Below are positions 49,692 to 51,003 of a stretch of DNA of 51,003 nt, in pieces. The notes below the pieces were generated by a model that searched no databases, had not been told where the DNA came from, and saw only the letters and a list, made by a program, of their open reading frames with translations. Each line of letters starts with the position of its first letter. The stretch's first letter is position 1. The position numbers and the translations under genes are program-made. This DNA is from Octopus bimaculoides (taxonomy: Eukaryota): NCBI RefSeq assembly GCF_001194135.2, contig NC_069001.1, positions 39,884,885 to 39,935,887 of the forward strand, given 5' to 3'.

Positions 49692-50825
49692 CTAGCGTGA
49701 CCCGTGAATATTTCATGGAAATAATGGTAAATGTATTGGTTTATATCTCAAAACTTTATCCGAAAAGCATGAAAGCATAGTCTGTGTTGTGTCTGGATCA
49801 AAAGAGAGTCACTCATCTGCTGCTACTCATTGAAAAGTGAAGGAAATCGAAATACAATCATTACTTAATGCACTTTACATACTTTATACACTATTTTATA
49901 AACTTAAAACACAACACTCTCCCTGTTTCTCTGTCCTTTTTCTATCGCTTTTCGCCTTTCCCTTCAACTAATCACCTGAAAACATTACAGACGAGCTATA
50001 TAACTTTTCTATTTTTTCCTTTACACTTTTCGACAGTCGTCAGAAAGATGGTCAACTCTTGAACAACGGCATTCAAGGGTTGACCATCTTTCTGACGACT
50101 GTCGAAAATAATTTGAAGCAGATTTGGCTGCTATATTTTTAGGTGGAGCTATTGCATGGAGGTGGCTTGTTTCCAGGGTTACTCTAGTGGAAATGCAGAG
50201 ACACAGATGCGGTGTTGGTAGCGGGGATTATTTTCGGCGATTGCTGCAGCTGTTGATGTGTCCCACACAAGAGTTGACGGCAGTATCAGCAGCAACAGAG
50301 GATATCCATGTGCAATAAATGATTGGGTGATGAACAAAGACAGTGGCCCGTAAGCACATTCGCGATGGAAACTTTAGGCATGTTCTCGTAATGACACTGA
50401 AGAAGTAAATCATATGGTGACAACAAGTCTTCTTGCATAATCTCGCCCTAAATATTCAACAGTAATACTGTTACGATAGATGAGAAATGAATACAAACCT
50501 GCATCAGTCGGAATGACAGGCAATATAAGCATAATTATCAGAACAGCCCTCATCTGCAATGGAAAAGTAAATAAAAGATATGGTATGTTTGCAGTTAAGA
50601 TCGTGCTCATAGTAAGTTCACCTCACAACCTTGTTTTTGCATTTTATCGTACTGCACAGCATTTTAGACATGTCTTCCACCAGAGATTTGCCTTGAGCAC
50701 TTACATGTGCGTGTGTGTGTGTGTGTTGGCAATTAGTAGAAATTTTCAATAGTTTAAAGTGGCCAAAGACTTTTGCATGGTACTGTATTTATATATATAT
50801 TATATATATATATATATATAAAAGA
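49692..50825 (-). mobile_element. Candidate non-autonomous Helitron, about 1.13 kb
   Basis: Minus-strand 3' end ...CCATGAA-ATA-TTCACGG gtcacg CTAG|T at 49692 (subterminal hairpin plus CTAG); candidate 5' end A|TCTTTTATATATA at 50825. The 3' end is better supported than the 5' end. Confidence 0.55.
50027..50108. repeat. Near-perfect hairpin, 37-bp arms, 8-nt loop
   Basis: 50027-50063 vs 50072-50108, one T/G mismatch. Confidence 0.97.
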
Positions 50826-50881
50826 TAATAAGAGTGAAAAAACTACAGAAGGCTTGTGTTACATGGTTAAAGTATATATTT

Positions 50882-51003
50882 AAATTATGTCAGATTTTTT
50901 GATGGTTTCATTTATGATCTGGCTTTTGTGTATTTTTGGCAGACCATAGAAATACACAAAAGCCAGATCATAAATGAAACCATCAAAAAATCTGACATAA
51001 TTT
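50882..51003. repeat. Perfect hairpin, at least 54-bp arms, 14-nt loop, truncated by window end
   Basis: 50882-50935 is the exact reverse complement of 50950-51003. Confidence 0.97.

Overview
AT-rich, intron-rich animal genomic DNA from a draft assembly (N gaps at 1010-1019, 19467-19476, 21806-21973, 27614-28036, 32580-32589). The SINE/LINE families and microsatellite load suggest a coleoid cephalopod, probably Octopus (inference, no search run). Three complete multi-exon genes were rebuilt by hand with GT-AG junctions and consistent phases. (1) Calcyphosin-2 (CAPS2), + strand, 17 coding exons, 79-23824, about 608 aa. (2) Replication termination factor 2 (RTF2), - strand, 8 exons, 36001-26220, 298 aa. 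(3) Nudix hydrolase NUDT18, + strand, 7 exons, 39002-44171, 327 aa. RTF2 and NUDT18 are head-to-head; CAPS2 and RTF2 are tail-to-tail. The rest is decayed mobile DNA: mariner/Tc1, Helitrons, Penelope-like GIY-YIG, RTE and R4/Dong LINEs, tRNA-derived SINEs and a Merlin-like MITE. Most listed six-frame ORFs are microsatellite or repeat artefacts. The most unusual signals are several near-perfect fold-back hairpins (about 170, 54, 49 and 37 bp arms), a telomere-repeat-containing MITE and a duplicated module in the RTF2/NUDT18 promoter region, a candidate 1.1-kb non-autonomous Helitron carrying a hairpin and exon-like cargo, and degenerate EF-hands in CAPS2. I do not see a clearly new multi-gene system.
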